A DNA stretch of 64,000 nucleotides from Candidatus Poseidoniaceae archaeon. GTDB lineage: Archaea > Thermoplasmatota > Poseidoniia > Poseidoniales > Poseidoniaceae. This document shows, one piece after another, positions 18,211 to 27,858 of the stretch (position 1 is its first letter; every line of letters starts with the position of its first letter). The stretch is taken from assembly GCA_965659685.1 (NCBI GenBank), contig CBFHXB010000009.1, positions 17,508 through 81,507 on the forward strand, in the 5' to 3' direction. The position numbers and the translations under genes were made by a program. The notes under the pieces were generated by a model, which saw nothing but the letters and a program-made list of their open reading frames with translations, was not told the DNA's origin and did no database searches.

Positions 18211-19581
18211 TCAGAACGGCAGGGAATCCCCATCGAGGTCCATTTCGCCCTCTTTCATCATCTTCCGCATCTGCTTGTTGAGACGACGGTTTCCACCCAT
18301 TCCCTTCATCATCTTCCTCGAACGGTTCCACTGACCGATCAACTCCCGCACGTCTTTTTCCTTGACACCGGAGCCTTTGGCGATGCGTCGAACGCGTTCG
18401 ACCTTGATCTTTGCAGGTTCGTTCTTCTCCCACGTGGTCATGCTGTCCATGATCACTCGATAGCGGTCCAGATTGGCTTGCATGGCTTCCTTTTGGGACT
18501 TTGAGGCTTGGGCCATGCCGCCAAGCATGCCGCCCGGCAAAAAGGACATCAACTTGTCAATCGTACCGACTTTGGACATCATCTCCATTTGCTTGTACAT
18601 GTCGTTGAGGGTGAAGCGACCCGACATCAGCCGTTGCGTCAAACGCATGGCCTCTTCTTCGTCGAGGTCCTCTGGGGCAAGGTCGATCAAGCCCTGAATG
18701 TCACCCATTCCAAGCAAACGAGAGATGAATCGGTCGGACTCGAACCGCTCCAGATCCTTGACTTGTTCGCCAACACCGACGTGCACGATGGGCGCGCCAG
18801 TTGCGGCGACAGCAGAAAGGGCGCCACCACCGCGTGCCGTACCGTCGAGTTTTGTGATGACGATGCCCGTTACACCGGCCAAATCGTGGAACGATGCGGC
18901 GACCGGTCCAGCGGCTTGACCGACCTGTGCATCGATCACCAGCCAGCGTTCTTCGGCTTGGGCAAGCGCAGCAATGTCGTCGAGTTCGACGACCAATTCC
19001 TCGTCAAGTTCGTGGCGGCCGGCCGTGTCAATGATGACGAAATCGGCCGAAGCAGTGGCTTGGAGACCGTTTCGAACGATGGTTGCAGCATCCTTTGTTT
19101 CTGGTTCACCGTAGACTTGGACCGAAGTGCCCTCGAGAAGCTGGCTCAACTGAGCGTAGGCACCGGGACGGTGCACGTCAGCCTCAATCACCGCCACGCG
19201 AACGCCGTGCTTCTTCCGGTACCACTCCGCCAATTTGGCGGTCGTGGTGGTCTTTCCTTGACCGTACAAACCCACCAAGAGAAGCGTGGAACCGTGAGGC
19301 CGGAATTCAGCCGAAGGTCCGAGGAGCCGAACGAGTTCGGTGTAGAGGATGTTCATTGCGTGCGTTTGCAGCGTGATGCCTGGGCGGGGTTCTTCTTCCC
19401 GCATCCTCGACTCAAGACGTTCGACGATTTCCTTGGTCTGCCTGACGTTGAAATCTGCCTCCTGCAAGGCTCGACGAAGGCTCTTCGTCATGTCACGGAG
19501 CTCTTCTTCATCCAACCGACGCTTCGACTTGAGGAAGCCAAGGGACCGGAAAATGCCCTTTGAGAGGCCCTCAAGCGCCAT
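18211..19581 (-). CDS. srp54: signal recognition particle protein SRP54
   Basis: Contains [33 protein letters not shown], and a Met-rich C-terminal M domain ([19 protein letters not shown]). Confidence 0.9.
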   Translation of the reverse strand: MALEGLSKGIFRSLGFLKSKRRLDEEELRDMTKSLRRALQEADFNVRQTKEIVERLESRMREEEPRPGITLQTHAMNILYTELVRLLGPSAEFRPHGSTLLLVGLYGQGKTTTTAKLAEWYRKKHGVRVAVIEADVHRPGAYAQLSQLLEGTSVQVYGEPETKDAATIVRNGLQATASADFVIIDTAGRHELDEELVVELDDIAALAQAEERWLVIDAQVGQAAGPVAASFHDLAGVTGIVITKLDGTARGGGALSAVAATGAPIVHVGVGEQVKDLERFESDRFISRLLGMGDIQGLIDLAPEDLDEEEAMRLTQRLMSGRFTLNDMYKQMEMMSKVGTIDKLMSFLPGGMLGGMAQASKSQKEAMQANLDRYRVIMDSMTTWEKNEPAKIKVERVRRIAKGSGVKEKDVRELIGQWNRSRKMMKGMGGNRRLNKQMRKMMKEGEMDLDGDSLPF

Positions 19582-19606
19582 GGACCATGCTCCCGTTGGG
19601 TTGGTT

Positions 19607-20866
19607 TCAACCTGTTGACGCCGAAGGACGTGGCACGGTCAGGTGCAACACTTCACCACGGAAACGTGCAACGACAGTGCTGGCTTTGACCGCACTTGAC
19701 GTGGGGACGTGACGCTCGTGCCCGTTGACCCCCACCAAAAGACGCCCCTCTTCGCTTCGCAGACTCAGGTCTTCACGGGCCAATCCCGGAAGGTGAAGTT
19801 GGATGGTCTCTTCGTCGTCCTCTTGATGCACGACCATCGACCGGTGCAATTCGTGGTGAAGCGGCGCTCCCATCGAATGAGGGCCAATGCCATCTGGAAT
19901 CTGAACGAGGTCACCGTACAACACGTCTGCGAGGGCCCGTAGCCCCTCGAGACCATGGACCTCGGTGTCCATCAACGGGACGCACACCGGGGTATGGTCC
20001 CCCAACGCTTCTTCCAGTTCCTGAATGCGACCTTGCTCCTCTGCCCGACGTCGTTCGAGGAAGGGATGATCCAAGGCCGGCGTGACCCTGTTGACCACAC
20101 AACCCGTGACCGGAAGTTTGTGATGTTGGAGCGCTTCGTTGGCACGCACGGTTTCGTTGACGCCCATTCGTTCTGGGATGGTCACGAGGGTAAACCGTGT
20201 GGTCGACGGGTCGGAAAGAATGCGCCGGATGTGGAGGACCCGACGGCGAAAGCGTTCAAGCTCGTCCTTCATGGCGTCGCTTTCCTTCCGGCCAAAGAGC
20301 ATCGAGCGCAGACCACCGGACGCCCTCATCAAACGAAGAAGACGGTCCGACCACGCATCGATGAGTTCGGGCAAAGCCAGGAAGCGCAAGGTGTGGCCCG
20401 TTGGGGCGGTGTCGAAGACCACCACGTCCCAGCGGAGGTCTTCGATGTGCTTGAGCAATTCATCGAACGCCAACGCTTCGTCAAGACCGGGTAAGAGCAA
20501 ATCCGAGGCTTCGACCTCGTTGCCGACGTCCGCAGCGGCACCACCGAGGTCGCCACCCGCCATGCCTGCCAAACCTGCGAAGGGACCGCCACCGCCAAGC
20601 CCTTGCATGGCTTCACTGATCTTCGGCATGGCCTGAGCCACGCGTGCTTCAGGGTCCATTTCCAAACCGAACAAGCCCGGCACGCCGTCCACAGGCGTGG
20701 GTTCTGGCCCCAATTCGATGCCGAGGGAGTCGGACGTCGAGTGGGCAGGGTCGCTGGACACCAACAACACCCTCAGACCCGCGTCTGCAAGTCGAATGGC
20801 GCTTGCTGCTGAGCATGTGGTCTTGCCCACACCACCTTTGCCGCCAAAGAGCAGAAGTCGGGCCAT
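19607..20866 (-). CDS. ArsA/Get3-family ATPase with a C-terminal HSP20-like domain
   Basis: Contains GGKGGVGKTTCSAASA, SSDPAHSTSDSL and DTAPTGHTLRFL. The last ~90 aa (IQLHLPGLAREDLSLRSEEGRLLVGV...VVARFRGEVLHLTVPR) look like an alpha-crystallin/HSP20-type beta sandwich. Confidence 0.8.
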   Translation of the reverse strand: MARLLLFGGKGGVGKTTCSAASAIRLADAGLRVLLVSSDPAHSTSDSLGIELGPEPTPVDGVPGLFGLEMDPEARVAQAMPKISEAMQGLGGGGPFAGLAGMAGGDLGGAAADVGNEVEASDLLLPGLDEALAFDELLKHIEDLRWDVVVFDTAPTGHTLRFLALPELIDAWSDRLLRLMRASGGLRSMLFGRKESDAMKDELERFRRRVLHIRRILSDPSTTRFTLVTIPERMGVNETVRANEALQHHKLPVTGCVVNRVTPALDHPFLERRRAEEQGRIQELEEALGDHTPVCVPLMDTEVHGLEGLRALADVLYGDLVQIPDGIGPHSMGAPLHHELHRSMVVHQEDDEETIQLHLPGLAREDLSLRSEEGRLLVGVNGHERHVPTSSAVKASTVVARFRGEVLHLTVPRPSASTG

Positions 20867-20909
20867 GGTCGTCGCGGGGAACGGCGAGGTTTGAACCTCT
20901 CGACGTGGG

Positions 20910-21701
20910 ATGCTTCATCAACATGCGGTCCAGCCTCCGACCATGCAAGAGGCCGTGGTCTTCCAGATCGCGGCCCTTCTGGCGCTCTTAGGCATGGGCC
21001 TTGCATGGCGTGGCGTGATGACCCAGTATGCGGGATTCTATGATCTGTCGCTGGCGTGGAGCCATGTGCTCTGGGGCTGTGTTCTCGGCGCCGTGGTCGC
21101 GACCCTCGAATTCCAAACCTTGTTCATTCCGTACTACGATGTCGTCGTGGGTGGCGCACCCGCCACTCAGGGGCCCAACTTGTTCGTGCTCTTGTGGTTT
21201 GTCGGCATGCATTCAGCGGCCGCGCACCTGATCCTCCGACGGTCGAAAGTGCGCGAAGCAAGCGCGCAAACAACGTCGGGTTGGGCGCTTGGAGCCGCCA
21301 TGGGCGGCATGCAGGGCTTGTTCCTCAGCGCACAACTCCTGAACGCCACGGGCAGCTTCACCGCTTCGCATCGATGGCTCGGTGCTGCGGCGTTTGGGCT
21401 CCTCCTCCCACGATTGGAGGCCACCCTGACGGCTTGGCAGGGGCACATGATGCTCCAAGGTCGCCGCCTTGGCGCGGTCTTTCGCGCCGCTGCATGGCGA
21501 ATGGTGCTTCTGACGTTGGCCTATTTCGCGTTCTTCCAGCCCCTCATTTGGCTCACGTCTGTCGTTATCCTCTTGTCCGCTGAGCCGCGCGTCGGGGGTT
21601 GGGTATGGGACGGATTGAGCCCACAAGCCAAGCGAGCGTTGCGACGCGTGCGTGCAGAACGGGCCCGTGAAGCCCGCACCCGTGAACGCGAAGAGGAGTG
21701 A
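20910..21701 (+). CDS. hypothetical polytopic membrane protein
   Basis: 263 aa with about 7 hydrophobic segments and a basic RRVRAERAREARTREREEE tail. The start could instead be the ATG at 20943. Confidence 0.45.
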   Translation: MLHQHAVQPPTMQEAVVFQIAALLALLGMGLAWRGVMTQYAGFYDLSLAWSHVLWGCVLGAVVATLEFQTLFIPYYDVVVGGAPATQGPNLFVLLWFVGMHSAAAHLILRRSKVREASAQTTSGWALGAAMGGMQGLFLSAQLLNATGSFTASHRWLGAAAFGLLLPRLEATLTAWQGHMMLQGRRLGAVFRAAAWRMVLLTLAYFAFFQPLIWLTSVVILLSAEPRVGGWVWDGLSPQAKRALRRVRAERAREARTREREEE

Positions 21702-21731
21702 TTCCCCCAAGGAAGCGTTAAACGGCGCCGG

Positions 21732-23282
21732 TTGGCAGAAGGAGGCATGGGCACCTGCCCACACTGCCGTGCGGTCACGCTGCCCGGCGATGCCGTATGC
21801 TACACCTGCGGCCGATTTCTTCAGGGCAAAGGGGCAGGGTATTCCATGCCCACGGCCCCGAAAAAACGCGGCGTGGTCGTTGACCAGAAGGGCCGCACTC
21901 GAAACATCATGAAGCGACGCCGAAACAGGCAACGTTCTGTGTTCATGCTGGCGTTTGTCATCTTCGCCTTCCTCTCCCCACAAGCGAGGGAAGCTGCGTT
22001 TGGGACCGTCGACAACCTCGACGAATACCTCGCTCAATTGCTGGAAGGCCCGCTGATCTATCCGGTTGAGGCATCGTTTGGCGTGGAACGTTCCTACGTG
22101 GTTGAGAACCATCTCGAGCGACCGGGCTTCTTGCAGGAGACCATTCGTCTCCCGGTGGACCTCACCAGCGCCTACGGCATGGCCACGTCCATCAATGGAA
22201 GCACGCCGATGCAACTCCAAACCCCTGAATCCTTCGTCGTTACAGTCGCCGGTGAAAGCGTCAGTGTCCCGCTCGACGGATCGGTGCTTGAACGGGACAA
22301 TGCATGGACTTCCGCACAAGGTCACGAAGTGTGGTGGCCCAGTGAAGCCATTGGGGATCAGGAACACTGCTCCATTGCCGCGTGCGTCAAAATCCGACTC
22401 AACATGCAAGCCGGAGACGTGGTTGAGTTCAGTGCAGTTTCCAACGTGGCGGTCTCGAGCCACACCTGGTGGGACCACGACAGGGTCGATGGCCGCATCC
22501 CCGGTGGAGCCAGTGGCATCAGCTTGGAACGCTCAGGCACCTTTGCGGACCTTGATGACCGAAGGGACGGTCAGCGCGTGAACGAGTACACCGACCCGAA
22601 GTGGTACAACCTCGGCACCTATGAGAACGGCTCCGCCCGAGGACACGCGATTGACGCCACCGCCCAGATCGTCCAAGATACCGCCAACCTGATCTCGATG
22701 AGGTTGCCCGAGGGGCGGCAAGACAACGTCTACGCGTTCGCAAGGGCGGCGTTCGACTGGATGCACGAGAGCGTTCCTTACGATGACTTCGCCCTGACAA
22801 CGCCCCGCTCTGGGCCCACATGCCTTGCCGATGGATTGGGCGATTGCGACGAACAGACCAACGCCTACCTGTCCATCCTACGGACCAAGGGGATCCCTGG
22901 ATGGTTCGTGTTTGGTGCACTGGTGGACCCACTGAGTTTCACGACGTGGGAACTTCACGCCTGGGGATACATCATGCTCCCACTTGACGAAGGATGGTGC
23001 ACGTCCCAGGGCATTGCCGCCAACGACTGCTTTGTTGAGGCAAGCGTTGACGTGGTCAACAACAAGTGGCTGCTTCACACCACCAACGCTTACGTGGATT
23101 GGATCGAAGAGCCCGACCCCACCGGCAACGCGATTGCTTCCGCGTACCAGAGCACGATTTTCACGGCTGCCAACATCGGCGAGCGTTCCATCGAACGCAA
23201 CATGCTGGTCAGCACCGCGGAGGGCGTGCAACTCGATGGCGGAACGTACCGGGTCACCAAGATGGCCGAGGATTTGAGGTGA
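21732..23282 (+). CDS. membrane-anchored transglutaminase-like (cysteine protease fold) protein with an N-terminal zinc ribbon
   Basis: Has the ribbon CPHC..(12)..CYTC, the TM helix VFMLAFVIFAFL, and the TGase core GLGDCDEQTNAYLSILRTKGIPGWFVFG followed by ELHAWGYIMLP. Confidence 0.65.
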   Translation: MAEGGMGTCPHCRAVTLPGDAVCYTCGRFLQGKGAGYSMPTAPKKRGVVVDQKGRTRNIMKRRRNRQRSVFMLAFVIFAFLSPQAREAAFGTVDNLDEYLAQLLEGPLIYPVEASFGVERSYVVENHLERPGFLQETIRLPVDLTSAYGMATSINGSTPMQLQTPESFVVTVAGESVSVPLDGSVLERDNAWTSAQGHEVWWPSEAIGDQEHCSIAACVKIRLNMQAGDVVEFSAVSNVAVSSHTWWDHDRVDGRIPGGASGISLERSGTFADLDDRRDGQRVNEYTDPKWYNLGTYENGSARGHAIDATAQIVQDTANLISMRLPEGRQDNVYAFARAAFDWMHESVPYDDFALTTPRSGPTCLADGLGDCDEQTNAYLSILRTKGIPGWFVFGALVDPLSFTTWELHAWGYIMLPLDEGWCTSQGIAANDCFVEASVDVVNNKWLLHTTNAYVDWIEEPDPTGNAIASAYQSTIFTAANIGERSIERNMLVSTAEGVQLDGGTYRVTKMAEDLR

Positions 23283-23286
23283 GCCA

Positions 23287-24705
23287 ATGCTGGTGATCAT
23301 TGCGGGCGCCGGAAGGGTCGGACTTGGTTTGGCGGAGGCGCTCATCAAGGAACAGAAAAACGACGTTGTTCTGTTGGACATGAGTTCGAGGGCCGTCAAA
23401 AACGCTCAGGCCTTCGACATGCTCGTGCTGCACGGGGACGTGTTGGACCGACAGGCCCTCATCGAAGCCGGCATCGACCGTGCTGACGTGTTCATTGCGG
23501 CCACAGACAACGACGACCGCAACGTCTTGGCATGTGGACTTGCCAAGCACCTCCACGACCTTCGTGGTGGCCAGCGTGAGAACCTGCTCACCTTGTGCCG
23601 AATCCGTGACGAAAGCATCCTCGAAGAACAGGCCCATGGTGGCCTGAAGGCTTGGGCTGAAGTGGACCGGGCCATTGACCCCATCGATGGAGCCATCAGT
23701 CGACTCTCATCCGGCATCCGCGCCTCTTCCTTTGCCGAAGTGATTCCGTTCGACCACGAGGCGTACCTCGTCGAATTGGAAATCACCGAAGATTGCAGGC
23801 TTCCTCTTGACGTGCCGCTTTCTGAGGTTGAAAAGGAAGTTGGGACGCCGGTCCCACTCCTGATCGGACTCAAGCGCAAGGGAACGCGGAGCAAGGTTCC
23901 TTCAGGGACGACGGTTCTTCGCCCAGGGGACAGAATCGCCGTAGCCACCACGGGACTCGGCTCCTTTGACGACTTGGTCCACACCTTCGGGCACGACGTC
24001 CGTGCTTTCCCAAGCCAACCAAAGGTGGTCGTTGTCGGTGGGTCAACCCTTGGACTCCGCATCGCTGCTCACTGGCTTGAGGAAGGGGCGCACGTGATGA
24101 TCGTCGAAGGCGACCTGCAAACGGCCAACGCCATTTCGGGTCACCGTATCGGTGGACACCCAGAATTGGAAGTCATTCACGGCGACCACGTCTCCAGGGA
24201 AACCATGGAAGAAGTGGGGATGGGTGGCATGGACGTCGCCATCGGCGCCCTCGATGACGACCACGCCAACATCGCTGCGATGCTCTTCGCCATGGACCTC
24301 GGCGTGACCAACACCGGCCTGATCCTCAACGACAACGACTTGGTTCACGTCGTTCAACGGATGGGCATCAGTTTCTCGGTGGACATCACCCGGGTGGCCG
24401 TCGATGAATTGCTCACCCAAGTCCATCGAAAACTTGCAGGCCATTACGCGGTGCTGTCGACCATTCCGAACGTGGTCGGCGTCACGCACGAGGTGACGAA
24501 AGCCGCCAAGTTTTGCGGTCGTCGCATTCGAGAGGGCGGTTTCCCCGATTGGATGCGCATCGCCTTCATTCAACGCAGCGATTCCCATGGACGTTGGTCT
24601 TCCCATGACCCGCATCCTGACGAGACCCTGATTGAACATGACCGCCTCATCATCTTCACGTCCCCCGACCACGTCGCTGATGTGGAGAAGAAATTCCGGG
24701 TGTGA
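23287..24705 (+). CDS. trkA: Trk potassium uptake system, NAD-binding subunit TrkA
   Basis: Begins MLVIIAGAGRVGLGLAEAL. A second Rossmann motif is VVVVGGSTLGLRIA. Shows tandem RCK N and C domains. Confidence 0.85.
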   Translation: MLVIIAGAGRVGLGLAEALIKEQKNDVVLLDMSSRAVKNAQAFDMLVLHGDVLDRQALIEAGIDRADVFIAATDNDDRNVLACGLAKHLHDLRGGQRENLLTLCRIRDESILEEQAHGGLKAWAEVDRAIDPIDGAISRLSSGIRASSFAEVIPFDHEAYLVELEITEDCRLPLDVPLSEVEKEVGTPVPLLIGLKRKGTRSKVPSGTTVLRPGDRIAVATTGLGSFDDLVHTFGHDVRAFPSQPKVVVVGGSTLGLRIAAHWLEEGAHVMIVEGDLQTANAISGHRIGGHPELEVIHGDHVSRETMEEVGMGGMDVAIGALDDDHANIAAMLFAMDLGVTNTGLILNDNDLVHVVQRMGISFSVDITRVAVDELLTQVHRKLAGHYAVLSTIPNVVGVTHEVTKAAKFCGRRIREGGFPDWMRIAFIQRSDSHGRWSSHDPHPDETLIEHDRLIIFTSPDHVADVEKKFRV

Positions 24706-24708
24706 TGC

Positions 24709-26319
24709 ATGCGTTGGGACGTGCTCTACCTCATCCTCGGTTGGACCGTGGGTGCCTTGACCGTGCCTTTGGCTCTGGTGGGCATCGCCACGGCCTTCCT
24801 CGATGACGTGCAGATGGCGCTTGTCGCCTTTCTTCCGTCGACCCTCTTTGCCGTGACGTCCAGTTGGCTGATGTTGACGTACGGCACGACACCAGAAACC
24901 CCGGACCGATTGAGGGACAGGGAGGCCTTTGCAACCGTTGCATTGGCGTATCCAGTGGTCGTGGCCTTCGGTGCCATGCCCTTCTGGTTGGGCGGGATGT
25001 TTCACGGCCCCTTCACCGACGACGTGACCTTGCTGATCGCCCTTGAAGGATTGATTCATTCAGGTTTTGAGGCCATGTCAGGCTTTACCACCACGGGAAC
25101 GACAATCATCGACATCTCGACCTCCCCGAATTGTTTTGCCAACACCGAGGATTGCATCGGTGCACAATCCAGAGGATTGTTGCTGTGGCGCTCGACCATG
25201 CAGTGGTTGGGTGGCATGGGTGTGATCATGCTGAGCATGGTCGTGCTTTCCCGCGTGCTTGGCGGTGGCATGGCACTGGCGAGAGCTGAACTGACCGGGC
25301 CATCCCTCTCCCGGCTCCGACCCAAGTTGGCCCAGACCGCCCAAGCGCTTTGGATCATGTACCTCGTGCTGACCCTGCTCGAAATCGTCCTCTTGGTTGG
25401 GCTGACGCCGATGGACACCTATGAGGCGGTGAACCACGGATTGACGACCATGCCCAGCGGTGGATTTTCGACCACCGACGACAGCATCGGGCACTGGAAC
25501 GATCCCATGTTGGAATCCATCATCATCGTCTTCATGTTCTTGGCTGGTGTCAATTTCACCCTGTTGTACTTCATCGTCCAACGTCAACCCGGCAAGATGT
25601 GGGCCGATGAGGAATTCAAAACCTACCTCGCCTACCTCGCGGGCGCCACCGCGATCATCACCGGAGCACTGCTCTTGCAAGGCGGAGACACGGGAAGCGA
25701 ACCCCTCCGAAAGTCCCTGTTCCAGGTCGTTGCCATCGCGACATCAACGGGGTACGGGACGGCCGATTACATGCTGTGGCCCGTGATTGCACAACTTGTC
25801 ATCCTGATGTTGATGGTCGTCGGTGCATCCGCAGGCTCCACCGCCGGTGGCCTGAAATTGCTCCGCATCAGCCTCGCCATCAAGGTGGCTCGGCGTCAAC
25901 TGAATCGACTGACTCACCCAAGGCGCATCCACACCGTTCGAATGAACGGAGAACAGGTCGAGCAGGAACAGGTGGAACTGATCGTTGGGATGTTGTTGGT
26001 GTGGATCTTGCTGTTCGCAGGAGCATCGCTGCTCATGGCCCTCATCATGGCCCCGATGGGGGCCGACCTGGACGTGCTCTCGGTCATCGGCGTGGTCGCC
26101 AGCGCCCTCGGGAACACGGGACCTGCGATGGGTGAATTTGGTCCCGCCGTAACGTGGGCCGCAATGCCCAACACCGGACTGATCCTGACGGGGATCCTGA
26201 TGTGGTTCGGCCGTCTCGAACTTTTGACCGCAGTCATCCTCTTCTCACCCTCGACCTGGCGGGAGCCCGGTGCACGCAAGAAGGACATCGAAGACGAAGA
26301 TCAGAACAGCGTGGTCTGA
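24709..26319 (+). CDS. trkH: Trk potassium uptake system, membrane subunit TrkH
   Basis: 536-aa polytopic protein with MSGFTTTG and GFSTTD selectivity-filter-like motifs. Only a 3-nt gap after trkA. Confidence 0.85.
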   Translation: MRWDVLYLILGWTVGALTVPLALVGIATAFLDDVQMALVAFLPSTLFAVTSSWLMLTYGTTPETPDRLRDREAFATVALAYPVVVAFGAMPFWLGGMFHGPFTDDVTLLIALEGLIHSGFEAMSGFTTTGTTIIDISTSPNCFANTEDCIGAQSRGLLLWRSTMQWLGGMGVIMLSMVVLSRVLGGGMALARAELTGPSLSRLRPKLAQTAQALWIMYLVLTLLEIVLLVGLTPMDTYEAVNHGLTTMPSGGFSTTDDSIGHWNDPMLESIIIVFMFLAGVNFTLLYFIVQRQPGKMWADEEFKTYLAYLAGATAIITGALLLQGGDTGSEPLRKSLFQVVAIATSTGYGTADYMLWPVIAQLVILMLMVVGASAGSTAGGLKLLRISLAIKVARRQLNRLTHPRRIHTVRMNGEQVEQEQVELIVGMLLVWILLFAGASLLMALIMAPMGADLDVLSVIGVVASALGNTGPAMGEFGPAVTWAAMPNTGLILTGILMWFGRLELLTAVILFSPSTWREPGARKKDIEDEDQNSVV

Positions 26320-27830
26320 CCAGGATTTGATGCAACGTCGTCAGGTTGCTCCTCCTTGACGGCTGCTTCAGGTTCGGGCTCAGGCGTTGGCACGGCAGGT
26401 TCTGATTGCGCTTGAAGACGGTCGCTGAGCACCTCGTCGTAGTGACGCACCAAATCCTTGGCTGAACGTCGGCTCATGGCCAACCCGGTCAAGGCAACAT
26501 GTTCGCTCGCAGACAAACCGAGGTTGAGGGACATGTCGAGGTGCTCATGGTCACCCATCGTCCCTTCCGCGTTGAGCGAGGCCGACAAAATCGGAAGCAG
26601 TTCGGCCCGCATGCCGGCTTTGCTCGCACCGCATGCCTCTGCCAGCGCTTCAGCCACGGAAGTCGTCCGGCTTGCCGTCCGTCGAAGATGGGCCGGATAA
26701 CCGGTGTAGACTTTCTTTTGCACGGGTTCTGCGTTGGCGACCGACGCGGCAAGGCTGCTCAGATGCAGCGACCAGTACGAGGACCGATGTGCGGTGCTGA
26801 GGTAACGCGAGGCTGCAGCCCGGTCCGCCAAAGCAAGACTTTCAGCGGCCCGAAAGCGAGAGGCAGATTGCGTGAACACCGTCCCGTTGTTCCAGTGAAC
26901 CCAATCCACGAGTTCTGCCGGATCTTTGTCGAGGGTCGCGGCATGACGCACCGCATCCTCGGCCGTTCGGGATTGGTACACTGCTCCAAGGCCGGGGAAG
27001 ACGCCCATGGTGAGGTCTCGGCCACCGCTTTCGATTCGGGCACGCACGATGTCTGCGGTCAAGACACGATCAAACCCTTCGCAAAGCACCTGGAGGTCCC
27101 GAACCAAAGCACGCAAATCGCCTGGATTGTGGTTGACCAGGAGATCGAGGGCCTCGCCGTCAAAGGTCACCCCTTCTTCGCGAAGAACACGACGGGCGAT
27201 GCGCCGGATGGCGTCGTTTGAGACCCGATCGAAGGTCAGCGTGATCACGTGGCGTGAAAAGCGGTCACGCGTTGAACGCCACGAGGAACCTGAGCCCCAG
27301 AGACGCATCACGTCGTTGCACGCCAGCACCACCGGTTGGCTGGTCATTTCCAACAATCGGAGCAGTTCTGCTTTGCCACCAGAGTCTCCCTTCAGGGCGT
27401 CCTTCTCGTCGTCGTCCATCAATTGACCACGAACACGGTCATCGCTGACCGCCCGCAGGCCACCTGAAAGGTGGTCGACTTCATCCAACAGGATCAGCGT
27501 ACGTTGTGCGGGTTTGTTTGGGTCGTGGAAGAGCGAGCGGTGGGTGGCACCGTGCGTGGCAGCCCGTCGAATGGCCGCTGCGTTCCTGTCGTCGGATGCG
27601 TTGAGCTCAATGACGCTCCAGCCCATGTCCGCAGCCACGGCCCGCACCACGGAGGTTTTGCCGACGCCGGGAGGACCCACAAGGAGAACGCCAGGCCGAT
27701 TTGGGCGACCTGTTCGCCATGAATCGAGCCATTCACGGAGACGGCTCCTCTGGGCGTCGTTGCCCTCGAGTTGTCGCTCGGAGGACGGACGGTGCCGTTC
27801 CGTCCAATCGCTCACGGGCATGACGCTCAT
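26301..27830 (-). CDS. rfcL: replication factor C large subunit
   Basis: Contains WTERHRP, LLVGPPGVGKTS, ELNASDDR and LILLDEVD. I chose the ATG at 27830 (cat at 27828-27830) because the longer ORF overlaps glyS. The 3' end overlaps trkH convergently by 19 nt. Confidence 0.8.
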   Translation of the reverse strand: MSVMPVSDWTERHRPSSERQLEGNDAQRSRLREWLDSWRTGRPNRPGVLLVGPPGVGKTSVVRAVAADMGWSVIELNASDDRNAAAIRRAATHGATHRSLFHDPNKPAQRTLILLDEVDHLSGGLRAVSDDRVRGQLMDDDEKDALKGDSGGKAELLRLLEMTSQPVVLACNDVMRLWGSGSSWRSTRDRFSRHVITLTFDRVSNDAIRRIARRVLREEGVTFDGEALDLLVNHNPGDLRALVRDLQVLCEGFDRVLTADIVRARIESGGRDLTMGVFPGLGAVYQSRTAEDAVRHAATLDKDPAELVDWVHWNNGTVFTQSASRFRAAESLALADRAAASRYLSTAHRSSYWSLHLSSLAASVANAEPVQKKVYTGYPAHLRRTASRTTSVAEALAEACGASKAGMRAELLPILSASLNAEGTMGDHEHLDMSLNLGLSASEHVALTGLAMSRRSAKDLVRHYDEVLSDRLQAQSEPAVPTPEPEPEAAVKEEQPDDVASNPGQTTLF

Positions 27831-27858
27831 GCGGTTGCGACGGTGTATCAACCCGCCG

